Position numbers and translations under genes: made by a program | Shown: piece by piece, positions 46,111-57,939 of the stretch | How positions within the stretch are numbered: the stretch's first letter is position 1 | How the letters are laid out: each line of letters begins with the position of its first letter | NCBI GenBank assembly: GCA_014905635.1 | Contig: JABVCE010000002.1 | Location: 1,860,001 to 1,924,000, forward strand | Length of the DNA: 64,000 bases | Direction of reading: 5' to 3' | DNA from: Scenedesmus sp. PABB004 | Taxonomy: Eukaryota | The notes under the pieces: generated by a model | Database searches by the model: none | Seen by the model: the letters and a program-made list of their open reading frames with translations, nothing else | Told to the model about the DNA's origin: nothing

Positions 46111-46667
46111 GTGCGCTGTGGAGCCGCACGGCGCGACGCTGAGGAGCTGGTCGCCGCGCGGGATGAGCAGCCGCACAAGGTAGCGGGACCTGGTCAGGCT
46201 GATCATTCCGCGCGGCGACCAGCTCGACCGCAGCCCTTCTCCACCTTGCTCAGCTCGACCGTGACGCCGCCCAGGCCCCAGGACGCGAGGGCGCCGGGCC
46301 TTGCGGCAGCCAGAGCACGCAGCACGGCGTGCGTGAGGCGGCGCGTACGCGGCTGGAGGTCGAGCATCGGCTGGCGCGCGCGCGCGCGGGGCACCTCGGC
46401 GGGCCCGCGCGCGCGCGCGCGCTTGCGCGCAGCGCCGGCCGCCCTCCCAGCGCGCACGCGCCGCCGCACGCACCTCTGCTGGCTGTTGCCACGCCGCCGA
46501 CATCGCGCGCACGTCCTCGGCGCAGGCGATGTTGCGCATGTGCAGCTTGGACGCGAGGCGCACCAGCAGCGCGACGCTGAGGAGCTGGTCGCCGCGCGGG
46601 ATGATGAGCCGCACTAGGAAGCGGGAGCTTCCAGGTCCGGCTGATCATTCCGCGCGGCGACCAGCTC
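43975..46667. other. Cluster of fold-back inverted repeats (candidate hairpin-RNA/MIRNA array)
   Basis: Stems checked base by base at 43975-44051, 44126-44165, 45504-45551, 45721-45819, 45951-46031, 46144-46225 and 46582-46667. Confidence 0.8.
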
Positions 46668-47017
46668 GACCGTGACGCCGCCCAGGCCCCAGGGCGCGAG
46701 GGCGCCGGGCAGGGTCGCGACGACGCCGTTGACCGAGCACTTCTTCTCCTTGGTCGCGCTGGTAATGTTGTCGACCACCAGCATCGTGCGTCACCGACGT
46801 CACCATGACGACCAAGCAGCAGAGCTGCTCTTTCACCCCAGCCCCAGCCATGCCTTGAACGTGCTGTGGCCCTCCAGCAGCCAGAGCACGCAGCACGGCG
46901 TGCATGAGGCAGCGCGTAGACGGCACCAGGTCGAGCATCGGCTGGCTCGTGCGCGCCGCGTCGCGGTGCTCGCGCCCCTGCATCTGGTGGACCAGATGAC
47001 GCGGTTCGCCGGCGTCA

Positions 47018-47772
47018 CGGGTCAGTTTTGCTTTATTGCAGCTTCAGGGTTCACGGATCGGGGTTTTGGCATCACCCCTGCCCCCCCCCCCCTGACCCCC
47101 CTGCCTCTGCTGGTGCGGGCAGGGAGCGGCGGCGGCGACTCGCTGCGCCGGGCAGTGCTGCGGCGGCCGTCGGCCGAGCCGCCCCGGCGCGTCGGCGACT
47201 GCCTGGCGGTTGCGCGGCACCCCGGCGTGGCCCGCAGGAGCGCTGCAGCATCACCCCCGGGTGACTGCCCTGCTGGGCTGGCTGGCGGCCCCGGGCGCCC
47301 GCGCGCGGGTGTGCGCGTGCGTTGTGGAGTCGCACGGGGCGCGGCAGCCTCGGCCAGGCCTAGGCTGGGGCGCGCGCGGCGATCGGCGGCGGCGGCGGCT
47401 CTTGGCGCGGCGTGAACGCGCGCTGTGTGACGCACCTGCTCCCCGCGTGCGCGCGTGCGCTGCCGGGTCACGGCGGTCACCGGAACAGGGGGGCGCGCGG
47501 TTGCCTCGCTCCCCTCCCGCCGCGGCCGCCGCGGCCGCGCTGCACGCGCCTCGCCGCTCCAGCCGACACAGAGCTGGTGCGCGGCAGGCAGGCAGGGGGG
47601 TCCGTCCGCTTGAGCGCTTGAGCGCGCCCGCCCCGCCGGGGCCCAGGTCTCAGCCCAGGCACCGCTGCCCAGCCAGCAGCCCTCGCGCGACCGCAGCTGC
47701 CCAGGAGGAGCGCGCCTGACAGCTTGGGCAGCCGCCACGCCACTCGCCAGGGCGCGGCCAGCACGCGGCCGG
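47018..47772 (-). repeat. ~750-bp dispersed repeat, copy 2
   Basis: Reverse complement aligns along its length with 32196-32922, with scattered substitutions and small indels. Confidence 0.9.
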
Positions 47773-48258
47773 AGGAGCCAGCCGCGACCGGCGCTCCGCG
47801 CAGCACTGTTCGTCGTCGGCGCACGAGTGCAGTTTTGAGTAGGACAAGCAGCTCAGACGTCGTGTGCGCCGGCGCTGGGTCTTTGGCGCACGGGGTCGGC
47901 GGCGCGCAGGGCGTCGCGGCATCGCGAGCCGCGAGCGCGCCCAGGCGCGCGCACGGTGCCCGGCAGCACGCGGCGGCTCGTCTGCAGCTTGCTATGCTTG
48001 CATAGCAGCCCATAAAGCCATCAGGTAAGCCGCAGGGGCAATACGCCGGGCGCGGCGCCTGGTCGGCCCGGGGCTGGTCGGCCCGGGCCAGCCCGGCAGA
48101 TGGCGCTGCGCGGGCCCCTCGCGGCCACAGGCGGCAGTCACGGTGCTCTGACCAGCCCCGAATCCCGTCCCCGCCACGTGCAGGCGGGCCCGGTGCATGC
48201 GCACGCGCGTCGGCGCGCGGCGCGAGCAGCGGCGGCGGCAGCGGCGCGGTGCGCGCCC

Positions 48259-50810
48259 ATGACCCGGCGGCGGCCCGGCGCGTGCGCCCGGCTGCTGGCG
48301 CTAGCGGGACTGGCCTGCCTGGCGGCGCTCGGCGCGGCCTGCCCGTACCATGCGGCACACGACGCGGAGCGCGGCGAGCTCGGGCTGCTGCGGCCAGGCG
48401 GCCCGGAACGCGGCGCCGACCCCGCGGCGGCGGCGGCGGCGGCGGCGGCCGAGCCGGAGCGCATAGAGTTTGAAGACTTCAGCGACCGCGACTTCCTGGC
48501 CAGCATGGCGCCGGCGCGGCGGCTGCTGGACGCCAACGGCGGGCCGCCGCGCGCGAGCGCCCCGGGCCGCGCTGCGGCGCGCGGCACGTCGCGCCGGAGG
48601 AGCACAGCGCCGTGGCCGCGCGGCTCGCGGCCGCGCGGCAGCGGCCGCGGCCGCCGCCGGCTTCCGCGCGGCTCGCGCGCCCGGGGTCATGTCGATCGCG
48701 TCCGCGCCGGGGGGCGACCCCGGCGACGGCGGCGCCCTGCCGGCGCACAGCGTGGACCTCTATTTCCACGTAGTCTCCGGCAGCGGCGTCAACAGCACCG
48801 TGGCCGCGCCGCCCGAGCTCATCGCGGAGCAGCTCGGCGTGATGAACGCGGCGTACGGCGGGCACAACATACGATTCCTGCTCAAGGCGCGGCGCGGCGC
48901 CGGGGAGGGCAGGGCGGCGCGGCGCCGGGGCGGGAGAGCGGCGCGGCGCGGCGCGGCGCCGGGGCGAGGGCGGCGCAGTGCGTGTTGGGCGGCCGCAGCG
49001 GCCGGCGCGCCGTGTGCGCGAGGGCGGGGCCCGCGGGAGCGCGGAGCCCGCCCGGGCCGTCCGCGCGGCTGACCGGCCGCGCCCGCCGCCGCGCGCCGCG
49101 CGCCGCGCGCGCAGGGTGTGACGCGCGTGCTGAGCGAGGCGTGGGCGGTGACGGAGATCAACAGCGCGGCCGAGGACGCGATGAAGGCGCGCCTGCGGCG
49201 GTGCGTGCGCGCGCGCGCGCGGGCGGCCCTCGCGGCGGCCGGGCGGCTCGCCGGCGCCGGCGCTGCCGGCGCTGGCACGCTCGTCCGACGCCGCCGCGGC
49301 GCGTGCGCGCAGGGGCGGCGCGGCGGCGCTGAACATCTACATCATCCGCCCCGCGAGCGGCACGCTCGGCTGGTCGACCTTCCCCTGGGAGATGGCCAAG
49401 CTGGGCGTCGGGTTTGACGGCGTCGTCGTGCACGTCGGCACGCTGCCGGGCGGGACGATGGCGCCCTACAACCGGGGCTACACTATGGTGCACGAGGTGC
49501 GCCGCCAGACAGGCGGGCGGCGCGGGGCGCACCACGCCGCCTGCGGCCGCGAGCTCCGCGGGCCCTGGGTCCGGGCCGGGCGTCTGCGCCCCCGCCGCCG
49601 ACGCCCTCCGCGCGGCCCCGCCCCCGGCCGCCCCTCGCCTCGCCGCGCCGCGCGCCAGGTCGGGCACTGGCTGGGCCTGCTGCACGTGTTTGAGAACGGC
49701 TGCAGCGCCGCCGGCGACAGCGTCGACGACACGCCGCCCCAGGCGAGCGCGGCGTACGGCTGCCCGCTGCAGCGCGACACCTGCCCCGGCGGCGGGCGCG
49801 ACCCGGTGACCAACTACATGGGGTACACCGATGATGCCTGCATGACCGGCTTCACGCGCGGCCAGGCGGAGCGCATCCTGGCGATGTGGGACGTCTACCG
49901 CGCCGATGGCGGCGACGAGGCCCCGCCGCCGTTGCCGGCGCCGGGCGGCGCAGTCGAGGAGAGCGGCACCGGCAACGCGATGCCCGCGCCGCTCGCGTCG
50001 GCGGCGGCGGCGGGCGCCGCGGTGCCGCTGGGCCTGCCCCCCGCGGCGGCGGCCGCCGGCGACGCGGCCGCGCCCGGCACGCCCGCGGCGGGCTGGCTGC
50101 CGGTGCTGCCGCCCGGCGGGGGCGCCGGCGCGGCGGGCGCCGCGGTGGGCGTCGCGTCGTTCGAGGCGCTCACGTACGAGGCCGCGCCCGCGCCCGCCGA
50201 CCCGGCGGCGCTCTTTGCAGCGCAGCAGGCGGCCGCGCTCGCCGCGGCGCAGGGGCAGGTGCCACGGCCGGTCCCCGTGTACGAGGCGCCGCCCAGCAGC
50301 GCCGCGGCGCTGGGCGCGGGCGTGCCCGTGCAGCAGGCGGGTCAGGTGTACCAGCCCTTCGCCTCGCCGGCGCAGCCGTACCAACAGCAGGCGCTGCCCG
50401 GCACGACGTGGCAGGCCTGGCCGACGCACTCGGCGCCGCGCCCCTACTACGCCACCACCGGCGGCGGCCCGCCCCAGGCGTTTGCGCAGCTCGCGCAGCC
50501 GGCGCCGCAGCCGAGCGCGGCGCCGCTCATCCTCGGCCGGCCGCTGCCCAGCCAGGGTGGCGGCCCGGGGCAGCTGGGCGCGCTGCTGGCGGCCATGGGC
50601 AGCAGCGGCCGGCGGCGCACGGGCAGCGCGCAGGCGGAGCTGGCGGCTGCGGAGCTGGCGGCCGTGGAGCTTGCGGCCGCGGAGCTGGCGGCCGTGGAGC
50701 TGGGGGCCGCGGAGCTGCCGGCGGGCATCGTCCCGCATGCCGAGGCGGCGGGCGCGCGGCTGGCCAGCGGCCGGCGGCTGGCGGGCGAGGCGGCGTGCGG
50801 CAGCGCTTGA
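48259..50810 (+). CDS. Secreted metzincin zinc metalloprotease, M43 (ulilysin/pappalysin-like), with low-complexity C-terminal tail
   Basis: Signal-like LLALAGLACLAALG, VDLYFHVV, TLGWSTFPW, DGVV, zinc motif HEVGHWLGLLHVF, VDDTPPQ and Met-turn NYMGY; two 1-nt shifts are needed in the prodomain (~48543 and ~48638). Confidence 0.9.
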
Positions 50811-51563
50811 GCTGGCCGGCTCTGTGGCGGCAGCCGCGACGGCCAGGGGGTCGATTGATTGATCGAGTCACGCACGCCGTCCTGGCACTCGCGCGCCAGC
50901 ATTTCAGGGCGGCCCTCATGCCGGCGCTCTGCTTGGGCGGGGGGAGCGGGGCGGCTGGCGTGGAGGGGCGCGGCAGCTGATGGCGCCTCGGTAGTGGCGG
51001 CTGCGGGTGAGAGGAAGTGGCCGGAGCGGCCAGGGGGTCTGCCGGCGAAACGCAGCTGCACAAGCTGCCGCAGCAGCTGCCGTGCGGGTCGCGTGCGCGG
51101 CGTGGGGTGGTGGTGGCGGCGCCTGGCCGCACGCGTGCACCGGCGCCCCAACGCCGGCCACACACGCACGGCTCATTGATTGATTGCTCTTTGCTGCTCC
51201 TCCTGTGGGCCGACGGGACGGGCACCCGGCGGCGACTATTCAGCCCGAGGCAGGCCCCTCGTCGGGATCCGGGGCGGCGCGGTCGGTCGGCGATTGTGTT
51301 TGACCACGCGCGCGCGCGCAGCCGTGTGCCGCACGGCGCCAGGGCGAGTCTGAAAATCCCCGAGCCGCGCGTGGCGATGCGAGTCAAGTGCCGGCCGGGC
51401 GCGCCGCAACCGGTCAGGCGCACGCGTACGCGCGCGCGCGCTGCCGCCGGCCCCCAGGCGCGCCGCGCCCCACGGAGCAGCAACAGGTCAGGCTGTCTTC
51501 AGCCGTGCGCCCCACGGTGTTCAAGATATCCTTGAGGGCAGTCGGCGGCGCGGCGCGCCACCC

Positions 51564-52380
51564 TCAGCCGCGCTTCTGCCCGCCCGCCGCGCCGTGGCCG
51601 AGGCGCAGCCCCGCCTCCAGCCGCGCCGCGAGGCCCGCCACGACGCCGCTGGCGCCGCCGCCGCCGCTGGCGCCGTTGCCGCCGCTGCCGGGCGCCGCAG
51701 GGGTCAGGTAGATCACCACCGCGGTGCAGTCATCAATGATGTCATCCTCCTGCTCCTGCCAGCTCCTGCGCGGCGGCGGCCGGCCGCGGCTCGACCCTCG
51801 ACCCCGCGCGCGCGCGCGCGCGATGTGGCGCCCGCCGCGCCCCGCGCAACGCGCCGACCCAGCCCTCCCCCTCGCCGCCCCGCCGCGCGGCGCGGCGCGG
51901 CGCGGCGCGCGCTCACTTGCGCGCGAGGCGCACGAGGCGCCGCGCGGCGTCGTTGGGCCCGAGGCCCGCGCGCGCCGCGGCGTGCACCTCCTCCATCACC
52001 GCCTGGCTGTCGATAAATTCAAAGATGCCGTCAGACATGAGCACCACGTACCTGCACACACGTGCGGCAGCGCCGCGCCAGGTCAGCGGGCCTTTTTTCA
52101 GATGCGCGCACGCGCGCGGCGGGCTAGGCGGCGCGGGCGCGCGGCGCGGCCGGCCCCGCCCGCGGCGCGCGCGCCGGCGCCGGGTCGCGCGACCGCGCGC
52201 ACTTGTCGGCGGGCGTGAGCGGCGCGGCGAGCAGGGCGGGGGTGTCGATGACGCCCACGGTCGCGGCGACGTAGTCCCCGAAGCTCCGCGTCATGCACAG
52301 CCCCGGCACGTTCACGTCGCGCAGCCACACGCGCGGCGGGCCGAGCGGCTCGTCGCCGCACATAAAGCTCGCGATGCGGC

Positions 52381-52444
<64 letters not shown>

Positions 52445-52595
52445 TGGGTGTGTGTGTGTGGGTGTGTGTGGGTGTGGGTGTGTGTGGGTGTGTGTGGGTG
52501 TGTGGGTGGGTGTGTGGGTGGGTGTGTGGGTGTGTGGGTGGGTGGGTGTGTGGTGGGTGGGTGGGTGGGTGGGTGGTGGGTGGGTGTGTGTGTGT

Positions 52596-52626
<31 letters not shown>

Positions 52627-53862
52627 CGGAAGTTGGCGGATGCGGCCAGCGAGGCGGGGCGCCCGCGGCCGGCACCCGCCGCGCACCCCCGCGGCGACGA
52701 CGCGCTGCGCCTCCTTGTCGTCCATGGGCGTGTGGTCGGCGCTGAGCGCCACCGCCGTCACCGCGCCGCGCGCGTCCACCTTGCCTGCGCGCACGCGCGC
52801 GAGCGCACACGAGGCCCTGAGTGCTGAGCTGCTGCGGCTCTGCCGCGCCACAGCGACCCACGGTGCGGCCCGCGAGGCTGCCCTGTGGGCATGCAGCGCA
52901 CCGAGCACGCAGCGAGAGTCGCCGAGGTTGGCGGCCACCAGGCGGTGGGGCGCGAGCACGGCGACGATGCCGGTGCTGCCGCTGAGGTCGGCGTCCAGCC
53001 CCGCGCGGTGGCGGACGCAGGCGTTGGCCTCCGGGAAGGCTGCCGTGAGCGCGGCCTCGATGCCGCCCGCCGCCGGCGCCGCCTGCGCCGCCGCGCGGCG
53101 GGCACGCGCGCGTGAAAGAGGGCCCGTGGACGCAGCGCGCCGCCGCACTGCTGCCGCCGCTGCCGCCGCGCCCCACCTTGCCCGCCAGCAGGCGGGCCAT
53201 GATCCGCGGCAGCTGCTCGCACACGGTGTGCGACACCGCCTTGCCCTCCTGGCCATGGCCGTCAAACACGCCAAAGAGCGCGAGTTCGTGCCCCGCGAGC
53301 CGCTCCTGCACGCACCACGCGTCCTGCGAGTTTTGTGGAGCGCGCGGGGCGTCGGCGGCCGCTGGGCGCTGGGCACGCTGCACGCTGTGCGCCGCCGCGC
53401 GGCGGCGCCGCCGGCGCGCGCCTGGTTGTCCTTGGTGTTGCCCCCCGGGTCCGCGCCCGCCTGCGTGTGGGCGCCGTAGGTGGCCCGGTGCGTGCCGACC
53501 GTGGTGGCCCTGCTGGCGTCCAGCTCGCCGCCGCAGCTCATCACGCTCACGGCCTCTGCGCGGCGGCGGCGGGCGACGCACTAGCAGGGTCGTGCCGACC
53601 GCCAGGCGCACGCTACCGCGCGCAGCGAGCCTGCTGGAGCCGCCCGGGGCCCGGCGCCGCTCGCCGCTGCTCTCCGCTGCCCCCGGCCCCCACGCGCGCC
53701 TGGCAGCTGCGACGCGTAGCCCGTGCGTCCGGCGGCGATGCCTCCAGCCTCCCCGCCACTCGCGGGCGCTGCCTTGGCCGCCAGGGAGCGGTGCGCGCTG
53801 GTCAGCTCTGCGGGGTCCGTCACCGTCAGCCGCCGCGCGCGGAGGGCCCCGGGAGGGTGCAT
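51564..53862 (-). CDS. Protein phosphatase 2C (PPM family)
   Basis: KDNQDAW, FGVFDGHGQEG, SGSTG, ANLGDSR, LSADHTP, GLCMTRSFGD, LMSDGIFEF and IIDDCTAVV. Confidence 0.92.
52383..52626. repeat. Compound (GT)n/(GGGT)n/poly-G microsatellite in a PP2C intron
   Basis: About 240 bp made up only of G and T. Confidence 0.95.
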
Positions 53863-54043
53863 GGCTGCTGCGAAACGAGCTGGCGGCCTGGCGAGTGCGC
53901 GCCCTGTGGCCGGGAGCGCCCGACAGACGCTGCGGCACGGCGGCTCGGCGCGGCGGTGCAAGCCCGCTGCGGCGCGGCCGTCGTCGCGCCCGCTCAGCCG
54001 CCGGGCGGGCGGCCGCAGCATTCATTACGCGCGCCGCCCGCCC

Positions 54044-54977
54044 TCACGCGCCGCCGCCGCCGCCCTGCGCCCGTCTCAGGCGGTGCTGGTAGTCAGCGAG
54101 GCGGCGCAGCAGCTCGTCCTTGCGCCCGGTCGCGGGGCAGCCCCGCGCGCGCAGCAGCTCCGCGAGCTCTCGGTTGGTCTTGGCCTTGAGCTCGTCCAGC
54201 GTGAACAGCTGCTGCCGGCTGCTGGCCGGCCCGGCGGCGCCCGGCGCCGCCGCCAGCGGCGCCGCCGGGCCGCCGCCAGCAGGAGGCCGCTGCGCCTGCG
54301 GCGGCCCGCCCGGCTGCCGCGCCGCGCCCGGCCCCCCGGGGCCCGGCCCGCTGCTGCCGCCGCCGCAGCCGCCGCCGCCGGCGGCGCTGTCGCAGCAGCT
54401 GCGGCCGCGCCTGCCCCTGGCGCCGCCAGCCGACTGCTGGCGCGGCCGCCGCCCGCGATCGCCGCCAGCGCGGCCTCCAGCACCCCGTCGCCGCCTGGCG
54501 GCACAGCGCAGCAGGGCGGCGCAGGGCGCGCGCCTGGTCGGCACGGCGGAAGCCGCTGCCCGTTGCCGGCCCGCGTGCGCGCGCAGCGGCGCCCGCCCAC
54601 CCACCTGCGTCGCCCGCCGCCGCGGCCGGGGCGGCTGCGACTCGCTTGGCGCCGCGGTCGTCGGGCGGCGCCCGCGCGTGGCGCTTGGCCGCCACTGCGG
54701 CGCTGCGCCGGTGGGCGCTGCGGTAGAGCTGGAGCAGCTGCGGCGGCGCGTTGAGCACGCGCACGCCCTGGTCCTGGTCGCTGCTGCGGCGCCCTGCGAG
54801 CTGCGGGTCGTGGCAGCGCAGGTAGACGGGCCCCGGCTGCGTCCTGACGCCCTCCACGACGCTGAAGCAGCCCCTGGAGCGGCAGCGGTGGCGGCGTCGG
54901 GGGCCGCTCGCGCGGGCGACGGCGGCGCCCGGCGCGGCCGCCGCTCACCTGTCGGGCAGGTCGCGGAGGTCGTCCAT
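54044..54977 (-). CDS. Small protein with C-terminal SAP domain
   Basis: MDDLRDLPDR start followed by an intron; C-terminal LKAKTNRELAELLRARGCPATGRKDELLRRL matches the SAP consensus. Confidence 0.75.
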
Positions 54978-55249
54978 GGTGTGCCGGTGGCTTGCTGGGG
55001 CCAGGAAGGCGGACTGGGCGCGCTGCGGCCTTGTGTCCAGTTCAAACGGCGGCGGCAGCGGCGGCTGAGCGGGCGCGCGTAACAAAACCTGCAGTTCGAG
55101 CTGGGGCGCTTCGGGTGACGCTCCCACACACATCCTTGACGGACCCGTGAGCCTGCGCGCCTAGCTGCGTGGGGCGGGGCAAGCCTTTACACTCGTCTCG
55201 GCTGGCAGCAGCGCCCCGCACGATGCCCCGGGCGCCCGCCAGCTGAGCA

Positions 55250-57546
55250 ATGGCCGTCACCAAAACACAGCGCCTGGCGCTGGCGCTGGCCGCCGCCCTC
55301 CTCCTGGGCGCGGCGGCAGCCGCCGCGCCGCCGCGGCGCTGGCCCCCCTGCGCGCGGCCGTCGCGCCGCCGCCGCTGGCGGCCTGGGTGGCGTCTGGCCC
55401 GGGGCCGGCCGTCGAGACGCTGCCGGCCGCGGGCAGCGCCGGCGCGCGGCCGCCGCCGCTGCTGGCGCCGCACAAGCCGCTGCTGCCTTTGTCGCGGGAG
55501 GACGTGGCGCTCGTCTGCCTGGTCGCGGCCACGCTCTTCATCGCCGCGGGCGGCGGCATCGGCGGCGGCGCCGTGTTCGTCGTTCTTTTCGTCTTCATGG
55601 GCGGTGCGAGGCTGCGGCGGCGCGGCGCGCGTGCCCCACGCGCGCGGCCGGGGCGACGCCCGCCCCGCGCCCAGTCGCCCACCCGCCGCCCCTGTACCCG
55701 CGCCCGTCTGCATGCGCCAGGGTTCACGCCCGGCGAGGCCGTCGCGCTCAGCAACGTGACGATCCTGGGTGGGGCGGTCGCCAACTTTCTGGCCAACGTG
55801 CGGCGCCGCCACCCCGCGCTGGACCGGCCGTTGATCGATTTTGACCTGCTGGTCATCATGGAACCCGCAACGATGATCGGCGCCCTCGCAGGCGGCTACA
55901 TGAATCAGGCGCGCGCCGGCGCCGGCGCACGGGCGCGCTGGCGCACGCGGCACGAGCCCCGCCGACCGACCCGACCCGCCCCGCGCCGCGCCGTGCGCCG
56001 TGCGCCGCGTGCGCAGCTGCTGCCGGGCTGGCTGACGAGCTGCCTGCTCGTGGTGCTGCTGGCCCTGCTGACCTGGCAGCTGCTGCGGCGGGGCAGCCGG
56101 ACGTGGCAGGCGGAGACCCGGGAGCAGGAGCGGCAGGAGCAGCTGCGCCTCAAGGCCACGGCGGCGGCCGCGGCCGCGCACCGGCGCGTCTGGGGCTCGG
56201 CGGCCGGCGACGACGTGCGGGAGCCGCTGCTGCTGGGGGCCTGCAGCGGCGGCGGCGCGGCGGCGGCCGGCGACGGCCGGGGCAGCCTCACGACCCGCAG
56301 CGGCCCGGGCAAGCCGGGGGGCGGCGGCGAGCGCGCGCGGCCGGGCGCGTGGGTCGACTGCGTCGGCGGCGGCGACCAGGGCGGCGCCGCGGGCCTCGCG
56401 CCGGCAGGCGCGGTCGACGTGCTGCCCGTGCCGCCGCACCTGCAGCCCGTCGCCGTGGGCGCGGTGCAGCAGCAGGCGCAGCACGCACACCGCGACGGCG
56501 CGCTGGCGCAGGACTGTCCCCGCTCCAGCGGCGGCGGCGGCAGCGCCAGCGGCGGCGGCGGCCAGGTGGCGCTCGCGCTGCCGCGCGCGCCCCTGGCGCC
56601 CGGCGGTGGCGCCGCGCCTGCCGCGCGGCGGCGCGGCTGCTGCGGCTGCCTCGACCCGGCGCGGCTGGACCTCGCATCGATCGAGGCGTACGAGCGCCGC
56701 CAGGTGCCGTGGCAGTCGCTGGTTGCGCTGGCGCTGCTGGCGGCCTGGGTCGTGGGCAGTGACACGCTCAAGGCGTCGCGGCGCTGCGGCAGCCCCGCCT
56801 ACTGGGCGGCCGCGCTGTCGGTCGTCGCGCCCGCGGGCGCGGTCACGCTGCTCATGCGCCAGTGGCTGCTCGCCAGGACGGCGGCCAAGGCCGCGGCCGA
56901 TGACGCAGCGCCAGAGTACGAGGCCGCCTCGCCGCCCCCGGAGCACGGCGGCGCGCGCGCGCGGTCTCCGCACTGGGCAAGCAGTGGCGGCGGCGTGCGC
57001 TGGACGCCGCGGAGCACGCTGCTCTACCCGCTGCTGTGCAGCGCGGCCGGGGTCGTCGCGGGGCTGTTTGGTGAGCGGGCCGGCGCGGGGGCCGCTGCCT
57101 GCGCGCCCGCGTCTGCAGCCGCCGCCGCCTGCCGCCGCCTGCCGCCGCTCACGCCGCCGCTGCTGCTGGCGCCAGGCGTCGGCGGCGGCATCGTCAAGGC
57201 CCCGCTCATGCTCGCGCTCGGCGTCTGCCCCGAGGTCGCGGCGGCCACGAGCAGCACGATGATATTTTTCACTGCCGGCAGCGCCGCCCTCGTGTACGCC
57301 CACTTTGGCGCGCTGGTGCTCGACTACGCCGCCGCGCTGTGCGCGCTCGGCTTTGCCGCGACGCTCGCGGGGCAGCTCGCGACGACGCGGCTCGTGCGCG
57401 CGCTCGGGCGGCGCAGCATCATCGTGCTGGCCATGGCCACGCTCACCGCCGCCGCGACCGTCGCGGCGGGCTACGCGGCCGGCGTGGCGCTCGGCGTCGC
57501 GCGCGGGCGCTGGTGGGAGTGGGGCAGCATCTGCCCGGCGGCGTGA
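55250..57546 (+). CDS. Sulfite exporter TauE/SafE family membrane protein
   Basis: Signal peptide, AGGGIGGGAVFV, AVALSNVTILGG, RPLIDFDL, GVGGGIVKAPLML..GVCPEVAAATSSTMIFFT; frameshift(s) near 55330-55350. Confidence 0.9.
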
Positions 57547-57939
57547 GCGCAGGGTGGGCGGCGTGAGCGGGCGGCGGCGCGGAGCGCGTGTGCGCGGGGT
57601 TGAGCGATCGGGGGTCAGCCGCAGTCAAGCACTGTCTCTCTCAAACACCAGCGCCCACATCCACATCCATTGTCTGTCGTTGCTGCCCCCCTCCATCTGT
57701 TGTTGCCGCTGGCCCGTGCGTGCGGGGATTGCCCCCGCGCGGCGGCGCGCACGGCCATTGCCATGTGGTCGCCTGCCGCCCAGCAGCAGCCGCTGCACTG
57801 CGGCGGCCAGGCCTGTGCGGCGGCTGGTGTGCGAGAGAGGGCGTTGCAGACGACGCGGGCGGCCCGCCCGCGCCCCGGTGACGCACGCCGCTCCGGCCCG
57901 CCGCTCCGGCCCGCCGCCGCTCCGGCCCGCGCCGCGCGC

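Noticed and set aside
46133..46700. Repeat-spacer-like pattern suggesting a CRISPR array
   Set aside because: Only two units, with internal inverted arms and homologous flanks; no cas genes; eukaryotic context.
46981..47017. Two short hairpins at the edge of the dispersed repeat as a possible Helitron 3' end
   Set aside because: No CTRR terminus at the expected spacing, and the hairpins are absent from the other copy.
52293..52827. His-Thr or Val-Cys repeat proteins in the ORF track
   Set aside because: They are translations of an intronic (GT)n microsatellite.
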